Made by a program: the position numbers and the translations under genes. The notes under the pieces were generated by a model, which saw only the letters and a program-made list of their open reading frames with translations, made no database searches and had not been told where the DNA came from. 53,171 nt of DNA from Candidatus Yanofskybacteria bacterium RIFCSPHIGHO2_02_FULL_43_17. GTDB lineage: Bacteria; Patescibacteriota; Minisyncoccia; 2-02-FULL-40-12; GWA2-44-9. The stretch covers positions 93,494-146,664 of the forward strand of contig MGJU01000014.1 in the NCBI GenBank assembly GCA_001794435.1, read 5' to 3'. This document shows positions 9,866-18,354 of the stretch, piece after piece; within the stretch, counting starts at the first letter, position 1, and the number at the start of each line of letters is the position of its first letter.

Positions 9866-11041
9866 TCATTTGAGAAGCTTTGATAAGTCTTTAGCCTTGT
9901 TCGTATTCTCCCACGGTAATTTAATGTCAGACCGTCCGAAGTGGCCATAAGCGGAGGATTTGAGATAGATAGGCTGGCGCAGATTTAAATTCTTAATTAA
10001 CATTCCCGGCCGAAGATCGAATACCTTTCCGACCGCTTCCACTATTCTCCAGTCAGGAAACTTTCCGGTACCGAAAGTGTCTATATTAATAGAAACAGGT
10101 TCGGGGATTCCGATGGCATAGCTGATTTGTATTTCAACTTTGTCAGCCAGTTTAGCAGCGACTATGTTTTTGGCTACCCAGCGGGCGGCATATGAGCCCG
10201 AACGGTCAACTTTGGTCGGATCCTTTCCGGAGAAACATCCTCCGCCATGACGTCCGACTCCTCCGTATGTATCAACTATTATTTTTCTTCCGGTAAGTCC
10301 CGTATCTCCCACGGGACCGCCGATAACAAATCTTCCGGTTGGATTCACCAGAATCCTTGTTTTACCCGACAAAAGATTGGCCGGAATTGCTTTTTTGATT
10401 ACTTGAGCGATAATATCCTTTTTTATCTTTCTCTGAGATATGTTCGGATCATGCTGGGTCGAAACGAGAATCGTATTGGCACAGGCTTTTCCGTCCGCGG
10501 TATATTCTATCGTGACCTGAGATTTGCCGTCAGGTCTCAAATATGGAAGAATCTTTTTCTTTCTGACCTGCGTAAGTCGGTAGACAAGACTGTGGGCAAG
10601 GGCGATCGGCAGGGGCATTAAGGTTTTGGTTTCAGAAGATGCATATCCATACATCATACCTTGATCTCCCGCTCCGATTTTTTCAGGTTGTTCTTTGCGG
10701 TATTGTCCGACTCCCATAGCGATATCGGATGACTGTTGTTGGATATTGGTTTGTATTTGGCAGTTTTTATAATCAAAACCAAGTTCGGGCCTGTCGTAGC
10801 CGATATTCTTGATTACTCGTCGGGCGATTCTCGGAATGTCGAGTTTTGCGCTGGTGGTTAGCTCCCCGGCAATAATAACCAGATTTCCGGTGAGGAGTGT
10901 TTCTATGGCAACGCGTCCGTACGGATCTTGTTTCAAGACCTCGTCTAATACGGCATCAGATATCTGGTCAGCGATTTTGTCAGGATGACCTTCAGTAACT
11001 GATTCAGAGGTAATGAGATGTTTTGAATCGTTCTTGTTCAT
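9866..11041 (-). CDS. metK: S-adenosylmethionine synthetase
   Basis: [28 protein letters not shown] and [11 protein letters not shown] motifs. Confidence 0.97.
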   Translation of the reverse strand: MNKNDSKHLITSESVTEGHPDKIADQISDAVLDEVLKQDPYGRVAIETLLTGNLVIIAGELTTSAKLDIPRIARRVIKNIGYDRPELGFDYKNCQIQTNIQQQSSDIAMGVGQYRKEQPEKIGAGDQGMMYGYASSETKTLMPLPIALAHSLVYRLTQVRKKKILPYLRPDGKSQVTIEYTADGKACANTILVSTQHDPNISQRKIKKDIIAQVIKKAIPANLLSGKTRILVNPTGRFVIGGPVGDTGLTGRKIIVDTYGGVGRHGGGCFSGKDPTKVDRSGSYAARWVAKNIVAAKLADKVEIQISYAIGIPEPVSINIDTFGTGKFPDWRIVEAVGKVFDLRPGMLIKNLNLRQPIYLKSSAYGHFGRSDIKLPWENTNKAKDLSKLLK

Positions 11042-11134
11042 ATCAAAGATAATATCAGAGCATTCGAAATAATAAAAGGCGGTTTCGTTTCGGTCATGTG
11101 TTGTTTTTTTAAATTTAAAACCGCCTAGAGTCGG

Positions 11135-12295
11135 TTAGGCGGTATTTGGATAGATAACTCTGAATCGAATAATATCCTCGAGTTTTCCAAGGTCGTTGAT
11201 TAATCTTGCAAGATCAGCTTCATTCTCGTCCGGCGGTTTATCGATATCAATTGCGAAGCAGGAAATTTCCCCCTTGCTGTTATTAATAACTGCGGAGATA
11301 TTAAGTCCGTCTCGGCTGATTAAACCGGTTATTTTGGCCAATGTTCCTGGCACATTTCTGTTGACGATAAATAGCCTTTTGTATTCAAAAGTGTGATCAG
11401 GAGTTAGTCTGGGAAAGTTAACCGAGTTGATTATCTCGCCGAAGTACCAGTAATTTTCGGCTTGATTTCTGGCCATAGCGACCGATCGTTTTTCAGCTTC
11501 TTCGGTCGAAGCACCAAGATGGGTGAGCATTAAGGCCTTTGACGGAATATATCGACGAAGACTTTCTTGGACAAAATCTGAGGCGTAATATCGGACTTGG
11601 CCCGCTTCAAGAGCGATGCCAAGCCAGTAGGTATCCACCAATTCTTTTCTGGCAAAATTTAGAAGAATTACCCCACGCTTTAATCTCAATATGAATTCTT
11701 CATTAACGAAATTTACGGTTCGTTCATTTTTCGGTATATGGATAGAGACAAAATCGCAGATAGAAACGGTTGTGTCGCTTAGCAGATCAAGCTGAGTAAG
11801 CCACCGCGCATCTCTTTTAACGAAGGGGTCATAACCGAACACATTCATTCCCAGATTGTGGCATGCTTCTGCGAGGGAGTAGCCGATGTTACCGAGGCCG
11901 AGAATTAAAATATTTTTTCCGGCAATTTCTGTTCCGACAAATTTGATTTTTGCTTTTTCGAAATCCGTATCTGCGGGGCTTTGATTCACAAAATCGAAAG
12001 CAGAGAAACAGTTTCTTGATGCCATAATCATAACACCGAGGGCAAGTTCTTTTACTGAATTGGCATTCGAGCCGGGCGTATTAAAGACCGGCACGCCCTT
12101 TTTTGTCATTTCATCGACAGGTATGTTGTCGGTGCCTGATCCAGCTCGGAAAATACCCCAAGTCGTATCGGGAATAAGAGATACATCATGGAGTTCGGTC
12201 GAGCGAACCATAATTAAATCAGGTTTTTCTGTGACTTCCGTAAAATTAGGACCGAGTTCTTTGAAGCTTAAATTTTTAAAGATCCGCACCCGCAT
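11135..12295 (-). CDS. serA: D-3-phosphoglycerate dehydrogenase-like 2-hydroxyacid dehydrogenase with C-terminal ACT domain
   Basis: RAGSGTDNIP, NTPGSNANSVKEL, GLGNIG, LNFAR, HLGASTEEAE, NSVNFP and ACT motif NVPGTLAKI. Confidence 0.8.
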   Translation of the reverse strand: MRVRIFKNLSFKELGPNFTEVTEKPDLIMVRSTELHDVSLIPDTTWGIFRAGSGTDNIPVDEMTKKGVPVFNTPGSNANSVKELALGVMIMASRNCFSAFDFVNQSPADTDFEKAKIKFVGTEIAGKNILILGLGNIGYSLAEACHNLGMNVFGYDPFVKRDARWLTQLDLLSDTTVSICDFVSIHIPKNERTVNFVNEEFILRLKRGVILLNFARKELVDTYWLGIALEAGQVRYYASDFVQESLRRYIPSKALMLTHLGASTEEAEKRSVAMARNQAENYWYFGEIINSVNFPRLTPDHTFEYKRLFIVNRNVPGTLAKITGLISRDGLNISAVINNSKGEISCFAIDIDKPPDENEADLARLINDLGKLEDIIRFRVIYPNTA

Positions 12296-12409
12296 CTGCA
12301 CTCTCCACTATATTCAGGTTGCGATTAGTATATTGTCACAAATTAGGCGAATTTCAAGACCCTATTTTTTCGAATAAATAAAAAACACGGCCTTAGGCCG
12401 GTTATGTGT

Positions 12410-12835
12410 CTACGCCAGTTGAACGTAAAGTGCGGACTTGCCGTTTGGTTTGAATCTGAGGATATTTCCCCCTTTTGTTGGTACCGAGATCAGTCCCTCG
12501 ACTGCCTGAAGGCATTGATCGTCGACAGAGAACTCATGCCTATGCTCCCTGATTTCTTTTTCGGTAGGATCCCTTAGAAGAACGGCCCCGTGGCAGGGTT
12601 TAGATTCGGTAATTAAGCGATGCCTCTTCGGGTCAAAAGGGTGTTCACTAAAGACGGCGATATTGATCCCATGCAGATCAGAACACGTACCGGTCCCCTC
12701 ACTGATACCAAGCAAGTGTAATTTTTTCCCGCTTCTTTTGTTGAGAAGTATTTTAGGACCATGCTTGACGGTCATGTTAATCCTTGTAATGACCGATTCC
12801 GCTGCCCGTCGCTGGTACTGTCTGATTGAACTCAA
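12410..12835 (-). CDS. Hypothetical protein
   Basis: 141-aa ORF with own TTGACA/TATGAT promoter, GGAGAG SD and downstream hairpin. Confidence 0.55.
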   Translation of the reverse strand: MSSIRQYQRRAAESVITRINMTVKHGPKILLNKRSGKKLHLLGISEGTGTCSDLHGINIAVFSEHPFDPKRHRLITESKPCHGAVLLRDPTEKEIREHRHEFSVDDQCLQAVEGLISVPTKGGNILRFKPNGKSALYVQLA

Positions 12836-12923
12836 GGAACTCTCTCCGCCCGAAAGTGTGCCTATATCATAGATAATTTATGGGCTTTGTCAATGTTTAG
12901 AATCGTAGACAAATCGGAACTTG

Positions 12924-12995
12924 TCAGGCTGCCGGGATTTGAACCCGGAGTCTCACCGACCCGAACGGTGCGTGTTACCGTTACACTACAGCCTG
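12924..12995 (-). tRNA. tRNA-Pro(CGG)
   Basis: Acceptor CAGGCTG/CAGCCTG-A; anticodon arm CACCG-TT-CGG-GT-CGGTG; GGTTCAAATCC. Confidence 0.93.
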
Positions 12996-13022
12996 AAAAT
13001 TAACTATCCGCTAACAGCTGGT

Positions 13023-14492
13023 TTATACGTAGTATTTTTTCATTCTTTCCTCCTCTTCTTTTTTAGATGCCGCCTCAATTTTATTTAGAGAATCCTTAAG
13101 CTCTTCAGGCGTTTTCTTATCCAGCTCATGGATTCTTTGTTTCAAATACTCCTTAGTGTTTTTTGTTGGATCGTCCAATACTTCGGCAAGGAGATAGTTT
13201 AGTATAAGACCGACTTTTGGTCCAGGACTGATACCCAACCCACTCATTAGTTCATTGCCATCGATTTTTAGCATCTTAACCGAGATCGGGTCGTGGGAAA
13301 CTTTATCTATGACATATTTCATATGACGGAGTTTGTATGGTACTGCTTTCGGCCTCCCCGAACCGATTCGGTCTCCTTCTCTGACCTTAATCAAGTCCTC
13401 GATGTTTTCGGGGCCGACATTAGCCAGAAGACGGCGAACTGAAGATTCGGTCACTTCTCCAACGTTATAGTAAAAAAGATGATATCTGACCAGCTTTATA
13501 ACCTTTTCTGACAGGTCTCTCGGGAACTTAAGTCGGTCCATTATTTCTGCTGTCATTCTGGCGCCTACGACATCATGGCCATAAAAAGTCGAGTATTTGC
13601 CTTCTCCCCTTTTTGTCCTTGGCTTGCCTATGTCATGGAATAAGGAACCCAGCCGGACGGCAAGGGAGTACTTTTTGTCGGCGGCGTATTTCAAAGCCCG
13701 GGTATTATGTTCCCAAACGGTATAAATGTGATGTAAGTTTTGACTGACGCCCACACCTTCTCTTAATTCCGGGACTATGTATTGCAAAAGGCCGGTTTCT
13801 TCAAGCAACAACACTCCCTCGTAAGCATTATCGGCTTCTAATATCTTTACGAATTCGTCTCTTATCCTTTCTTTTGATATCGCCCGTAGCCATTCGGCGT
13901 TTTCTTTTACTGCGGCCAATGTTCCTTTTTCTATTTCCCAGCCAGAGGCTGGTCCGCCTTTGGCGGAAAAATCTAAAACTGTCGCAAACCGAACAGCTCT
14001 CAAAAGCCGCAAGGCATCCTCACCAAATCTTTCTTCTGGCTTACCGACCGTTCTTATGATCTTATTTTTTATGTCATCTTTCCCGTTGAACGGATCAACT
14101 GTTTCTGATGTTTCGGTTATTTTTGCCGCTATTGCGTTTATGGTAAAGTCTCTGCGGGAAAGATCGTCTTCAAGTTTGTCTGTAAATTTTATATCGTCAG
14201 GATGTCTTTTGTCGGCGTACTTACCTTCAATTCGGTAAGGAGTGACTTCTACTATCGCAAGAGCTGGGTCTTCCGAACCGGTTTTAACCGCAACGGTCCC
14301 GAAGATGTTTTCATAGACAGTATCTGAAAACAATTTTTGTATTTCCTCCGGCTTTGCGTTAGTGGTGATATCCCAATCCTTGGGGGTTTTTCCAAGCAAC
14401 AGATCACGTACGCACCCGCCCACAATATAGGCCTCATAACCGGCTTTGGATAATTTTTCTAATATGTTTTTAACTTCTTGCGGTACTTGCAT
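13023..14492 (-). CDS. cca: tRNA nucleotidyltransferase (CCA-adding / poly(A) polymerase family) with HD domain
   Basis: VGGCVRDLL..KDWD, DLSRRDFTINA, EDALRLLRAVRF and FHDIGKP motifs. Start moved to MQVP because the track ORF overlaps tRNA-Arg. Confidence 0.9.
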   Translation of the reverse strand: MQVPQEVKNILEKLSKAGYEAYIVGGCVRDLLLGKTPKDWDITTNAKPEEIQKLFSDTVYENIFGTVAVKTGSEDPALAIVEVTPYRIEGKYADKRHPDDIKFTDKLEDDLSRRDFTINAIAAKITETSETVDPFNGKDDIKNKIIRTVGKPEERFGEDALRLLRAVRFATVLDFSAKGGPASGWEIEKGTLAAVKENAEWLRAISKERIRDEFVKILEADNAYEGVLLLEETGLLQYIVPELREGVGVSQNLHHIYTVWEHNTRALKYAADKKYSLAVRLGSLFHDIGKPRTKRGEGKYSTFYGHDVVGARMTAEIMDRLKFPRDLSEKVIKLVRYHLFYYNVGEVTESSVRRLLANVGPENIEDLIKVREGDRIGSGRPKAVPYKLRHMKYVIDKVSHDPISVKMLKIDGNELMSGLGISPGPKVGLILNYLLAEVLDDPTKNTKEYLKQRIHELDKKTPEELKDSLNKIEAASKKEEEERMKKYYV

Positions 14493-14498
14493 TGTTGT

Positions 14499-14574
14499 TG
14501 GTGCCCTCGGAGGGAATCGAACCCCCAACTATCCCTTAGGACGGGACTGTTATAATCCATTTAACTACGAGGGC
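14499..14574 (-). tRNA. tRNA-Arg(CCT)
   Basis: Acceptor GCCCTCG/CGAGGGC-A-CCA; anticodon arm GTCCC-GT-CCT-AA-GGGAT; GGTTCGATTCC. Confidence 0.93.
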
Positions 14575-14635
14575 ATCGTATTCAATTTTTACCTTGAAAT
14601 TTTAGCATTTTCATGGTATTTTTTCAATTAAATTT

Positions 14636-14706
14636 GGGCCTATGGTGAAACGGTATCACGCGTCCATGGCATGGACGAAGTCGGGGCTCGACTCCCCGTA
14701 GGTCCA
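14636..14706 (+). tRNA. tRNA-Ala(GGC)
   Basis: Acceptor GGGCCTA/TAGGTCC-A with G3:U70; anticodon arm CGTCC-AT-GGC-AT-GGACG; T-loop CTCGACT (C54). Confidence 0.9.
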
Positions 14707-14902
14707 CTCGACTCGTCCCAAGGGGGCTCGCTCGTGGTAAACCACAGCGAAAATTAAATCCGCTTTCAGGCGGATTTAATTTTGAGGAAAGTGCCCTGCC
14801 ATTCGACGGCCCTGAGTGGCCGCTCAGGCCCTCGAACGGGAGCGGTTAGCTCGCGCTCACCGCAGGCGAATATTTTTCTATTGGAAAATAAGTCGAAAGG
14901 GC
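14704..14902. repeat. Cluster of REP-like palindromes between tRNA-Ala and a GIY-YIG gene
   Basis: CCACTCGA..GCTCGTGG; AAAATTAAATCCGC..GCGGATTTAATTTT; GCCCTGAGTGGCCGCTCAGGCC; TATTTTTC..GGAAAATA. Confidence 0.65.
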
Positions 14903-14916
14903 ATATCCTTTTTTCT

Positions 14917-15183
14917 ATGTATTATGTTTATATGATTAAAAATAAATACGGTAAGCTGTACATCGGTGTCACTCAAAATACGATGCAACGGTTACATCAT
15001 CATAATACAAAACAAGGCGCTCAATTTGCTAAATCAAAAACTAAATTTTCTATTGTTTTTCAGGAACAGCACGACTCTTTGGCCGGTGCAAGAAAAAGAG
15101 AAATTCAAATTAAAAAATGGCGTCGTGACAAGAAAGAGATGCTGATTGAAAAGTTTCAAAATGGTCTACCGACTGAACTGTAG
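14917..15183 (+). CDS. Stand-alone GIY-YIG nuclease (UPF0213-like)
   Basis: MYYVYMI...LYIGVTQN...RL..HN..GAQF...ARKREIQIKKWRRDKK. Confidence 0.9.
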   Translation: MYYVYMIKNKYGKLYIGVTQNTMQRLHHHNTKQGAQFAKSKTKFSIVFQEQHDSLAGARKREIQIKKWRRDKKEMLIEKFQNGLPTEL

Positions 15184-15232
15184 ATTTGGTATGGCTTTGC
15201 CTTTGCCAAGAAAAGATTAGTATAGGTGATTT

Positions 15233-15262
15233 TGGTTGGGAGGTGGCGGGAGTTGAACCCGA
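15233..15262 (-). other. 3'-end fragment of a tmRNA/tRNA (possible att-site relic)
   Basis: Minus strand reads CGGG-TTCAACT-CCCG-CCACCTCC-CAACCA, a T-arm plus acceptor strand with no 5' half. Confidence 0.5.
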
Positions 15263-15272
15263 CCCCCAGATA

Positions 15273-15301
15273 TTGACACGCACGATTCAATATCGTATAC
15301 T
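15273..15301 (+). promoter_or_regulatory. Sigma70-type promoter
   Basis: TTGACA-17 nt-TATACT followed by AGGAGG SD. Confidence 0.7.
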
Positions 15302-15325
15302 ACATACACTACAAAAAAGGAGGCC

Positions 15326-15850
15326 GTGATGAAACAATTAAAGCATCGGGTGTTTATACAAGATGGACAGTACATTACAAATAATGAGGATCGTTCATTG
15401 TTAGTAAAGTTAGGCGTTAATGGTTGGGCCTTAGTGAGAGAGGATCAAAAAAGTGGCTATGCGAAAGGTTGTTTTAACCAGGTTGAGCTAACATCTTTTG
15501 AATTGCGTGAGATTATCCGCGCCAGCGAGACTCCGTTGCCACGTGCTAGAGGTTGGGGAAGGTTATTGCAGGGAGTTGGGTATTACTTCGGATACGACCT
15601 GAACCTTTCCAATGTTGAAGCTTCTGCAGAGGACGGATTAAGACCAGTTATTATTACAAGAACAAAGGACCGCAGAGTGACTGCGGTGACTAGAAGAAAC
15701 GGAAAAATACTGGTATTTGAAGAATACAGGGATGAAATGTTTGTGGATTTAGAATATTGTGGGTATGAGACAGGGATGTATTTTACTAACCAGCGCGTCA
15801 ACATGACGCCAGAAGAATGCCGTAAAATAGCATCGGAAATGCTAACGTGA
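15326..15850 (+). CDS. Hypothetical protein (self-contained accessory gene)
   Basis: 174-aa ORF with promoter, SD and terminator. Confidence 0.7.
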   Translation: MMKQLKHRVFIQDGQYITNNEDRSLLVKLGVNGWALVREDQKSGYAKGCFNQVELTSFELREIIRASETPLPRARGWGRLLQGVGYYFGYDLNLSNVEASAEDGLRPVIITRTKDRRVTAVTRRNGKILVFEEYRDEMFVDLEYCGYETGMYFTNQRVNMTPEECRKIASEMLT

Positions 15851-15868
15851 TCCCTAGGAGTTAAGTAT

Positions 15869-15891
15869 GCCGACTCAAATGTCGGCTTTTT
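15869..15891 (+). terminator. Intrinsic terminator
   Basis: GCCGAC-TCAAAT-GTCGGC followed by a T run. Confidence 0.65.
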
Positions 15892-16033
15892 CATACAAAA
15901 ATCCTGTTATATGCCTCGGAAATTAATCCTCGATTTTTGAAAAAGTCAGCGTTTACACTATTTTTTATGTATTCAAACATCGTCAACGAACTTCCACTGC
16001 TTCGCTAAAGCTATGCAGTGCAGGCACCGAGTT

Positions 16034-16057
16034 GAAACCTCCCGCAAGGGAGGTTTC
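16034..16057 (-). terminator. Hairpin after the ligA-gatCA unit
   Basis: GAAACCTCCC-GCAA-GGGAGGTTTC; T tail is weak. Confidence 0.5.
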
Positions 16058-16060
16058 GAG

Positions 16061-16645
16061 TTAGAGAGCGTTCAGCTCCTTTAATGTTTTTTCGTATAGT
16101 TGCACCGCTCTTTTTGCTTCGCCGTAGCGAAGGAAATAGCTCACATCATGAGCCAGGCGGTTTCTTATTTTGTGCGCTTCCCAGAGACCGTCTAGGGTGA
16201 CTATTTGCGTCTTGTCTATGTTTTTCAGCCGGTCACCCATCGTGTCTCCGGGGTAACCGCTGGATTTCAAAATATAGTCAACCAAACTATCCGCCTCAAT
16301 AACGGCGAATTTCCATTCGGCTTCTTTTGTTGAGTTTAAGTGTTTTTGTATCTCATCCCACCTTGAACCAAGCGGACTCGACTGGGCAGATTGAGGAGGA
16401 ACCAGTGTTTTTAATAAGCTAGCCCTTGTTCTGATAAATCTATCCATTCTTACAAAATTTATTATGAACATTAAAAGTAAGATCACTGATATGAGTCCGC
16501 CCAGCATCTTCAATGAATTAAAAGTAACAATTGCTGCAGGACCGGAAAAGTATCCTAAGAGCAGATCCAAATTCAAAGAGCCGACATGAAAATCAGAGAT
16601 GTTGTATATGGACGCTAATGTGTTGGATACAGTATCCTCGTTCAT
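16061..16645 (-). CDS. Single-TM hypothetical protein of a type common in CPR
   Basis: RWDEIQ...[11 protein letters not shown]...GDTMGDRLK...[13 protein letters not shown]; coupled to gatA. Confidence 0.8.
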   Translation of the reverse strand: MNEDTVSNTLASIYNISDFHVGSLNLDLLLGYFSGPAAIVTFNSLKMLGGLISVILLLMFIINFVRMDRFIRTRASLLKTLVPPQSAQSSPLGSRWDEIQKHLNSTKEAEWKFAVIEADSLVDYILKSSGYPGDTMGDRLKNIDKTQIVTLDGLWEAHKIRNRLAHDVSYFLRYGEAKRAVQLYEKTLKELNAL

Positions 16646-18051
16646 TTCAAGTTTTGTTCTAACTGGTACGCCGTTCTTAACAGCGTTTCTTCGTCAAATG
16701 CTTTGCCTATTAGTTGAAAGCCTACTGGTAATCCGCTGTTTTCACCGTTTCCGCAGGGAATTGATATCCCAGGCAAACCTGCGAGGTTAACCGGAACAGT
16801 ATAAATATCTTCTAGGTAGAGAGCAAGAGGATCAGATGATTTCTCTCCTATCCTGAACGCCGTTGTGGGAGAAACCGGTCCGACTATAACATCCACTTTT
16901 TCAAATGCAGAGTCGAAGTCGTTTTTTATGAGACGTCTGACCTTCTGGGCTTTAAGATAATAAGCATCATAATATCCGGAAGATAAGGCATAGGCGCCTA
17001 TCATTATTCTTCTCTTTGATTCAGGACCGAATCCTTCTGTTCTTGATTCAAAATATGTATCGATAAGCGTATCGGCGGATTTGGAAGAATATCCGTAACG
17101 GATACCGTCAAATCTGGATAAGTTTGCGGATACCTCCGACGGGACGATTACATAATAAGCGGCAAGGGCGTATTCAAAGTTCGGTATCGATACCTCTGCT
17201 ATATTGCAGCCAATACTTTCCAGTATTGATATTGTTGATTTAATCCTTTCTGCAACTTCAACGCTTAAGCCATCCCTAAAGAATTCTTTGGGAATACCCA
17301 CCTTGAGGCCTTTTATTTCTTTCTCTAGGCTTTTTGTATAATCAGGGACATTTTTCTTTGCAGTTGTCGCGTCAAATTCATCATGACCCGCAATCACATT
17401 CATTACAAGCGCGGCATCATACACATTTTTCGTGATGGGGCCTATCTGGTCCAAAGATGATGCCATAGCGATTAATCCATGTCGGGACACTCTGCCATAG
17501 GTTGGTTTTAAACCAACTACTCCGCACAGAGCTGCCGGTTGGCGTATAGAACCGCCCGTATCGGAGCCAAGTGCGAATACGCACAGATCTGCCGCAACGG
17601 CAGCGGCCGAACCGCCGGATGAACCGCCGGGGACACGGGATATGTCATGGGGATTTTTTGTAGGACCGAATGCCGAGTTCTCTGTGGATGTGCCCATGGC
17701 AAATTCGTCGAGATTAGTTTTGCCCAGACAAACAGCTCCAGCAGTTTTCAGTTTTTTTACCACGGTCGCGTCAAACGATGCTCTATAGTTTTCCAATATC
17801 TTGGAACCAGCGGTGGCTAATGAGTTTTCGAATAAGATATTATCCTTCAGAGCATATGGTATTCCCCGCAATAAGCCCTCCGGCAATTTCAGCTGTTCAT
17901 CGACAGGCTTAAAAGGAGTAAGAAGGGCATTTAGTTTCTTGTTTTCCTTTTCAATCTTGTTTTCGTAGTGCCTGATTAATTCTTCAGGCGAAAAGTCTCC
18001 TCTGTTGAGGGCTTCTCGGGTAGATTTTATTGTCAGGTTTGAGGGAGTCAC
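16642..18051 (-). CDS. gatA: Asp/Glu-tRNA amidotransferase subunit A
   Basis: [35 protein letters not shown] and [14 protein letters not shown] motifs. Confidence 0.96.
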   Translation of the reverse strand: MTPSNLTIKSTREALNRGDFSPEELIRHYENKIEKENKKLNALLTPFKPVDEQLKLPEGLLRGIPYALKDNILFENSLATAGSKILENYRASFDATVVKKLKTAGAVCLGKTNLDEFAMGTSTENSAFGPTKNPHDISRVPGGSSGGSAAAVAADLCVFALGSDTGGSIRQPAALCGVVGLKPTYGRVSRHGLIAMASSLDQIGPITKNVYDAALVMNVIAGHDEFDATTAKKNVPDYTKSLEKEIKGLKVGIPKEFFRDGLSVEVAERIKSTISILESIGCNIAEVSIPNFEYALAAYYVIVPSEVSANLSRFDGIRYGYSSKSADTLIDTYFESRTEGFGPESKRRIMIGAYALSSGYYDAYYLKAQKVRRLIKNDFDSAFEKVDVIVGPVSPTTAFRIGEKSSDPLALYLEDIYTVPVNLAGLPGISIPCGNGENSGLPVGFQLIGKAFDEETLLRTAYQLEQNLK

Positions 18052-18350
18052 TTTTTTAGTACGGATCCTACCTTAATGAATCTGTTCTCTTTGTGCGGAG
18101 CTTGGCCTATGAGTTTTTCGTTCAAGTCCTCGTTCATTTCAAAATCTTTTCGATGCTCATCCGATCGTAAAGCATTTATGATACCAGTTGTCTGATATAA
18201 CGGCTCAACTCCCTCCGTGTCCAACTCATTCAACTTTTTAACAAAATCCAAAATTGAGGATAACTCCCTTTTGAACTTATCTTTTTCTTTTTCGGTCAAC
18301 TTGATTCGAGCAAGTTGCGCAATGTGTTCCACTTCTTTTTCGGTAAGCAT
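18048..18350 (-). CDS. gatC: Asp/Glu-tRNA amidotransferase subunit C
   Basis: [11 protein letters not shown]...[11 protein letters not shown]; directly upstream of gatA. Confidence 0.92.
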   Translation of the reverse strand: MLTEKEVEHIAQLARIKLTEKEKDKFKRELSSILDFVKKLNELDTEGVEPLYQTTGIINALRSDEHRKDFEMNEDLNEKLIGQAPHKENRFIKVGSVLKK

Positions 18351-18354
18351 AATC

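Noticed and set aside
14493-14916. N-terminal extensions in the ORF track (cca, both GIY-YIG genes, and likewise rfbB, pnp, pilin, 47835 and 49693)
   Set aside because: They run through tRNA genes or repeats; the family motifs begin at downstream ATGs
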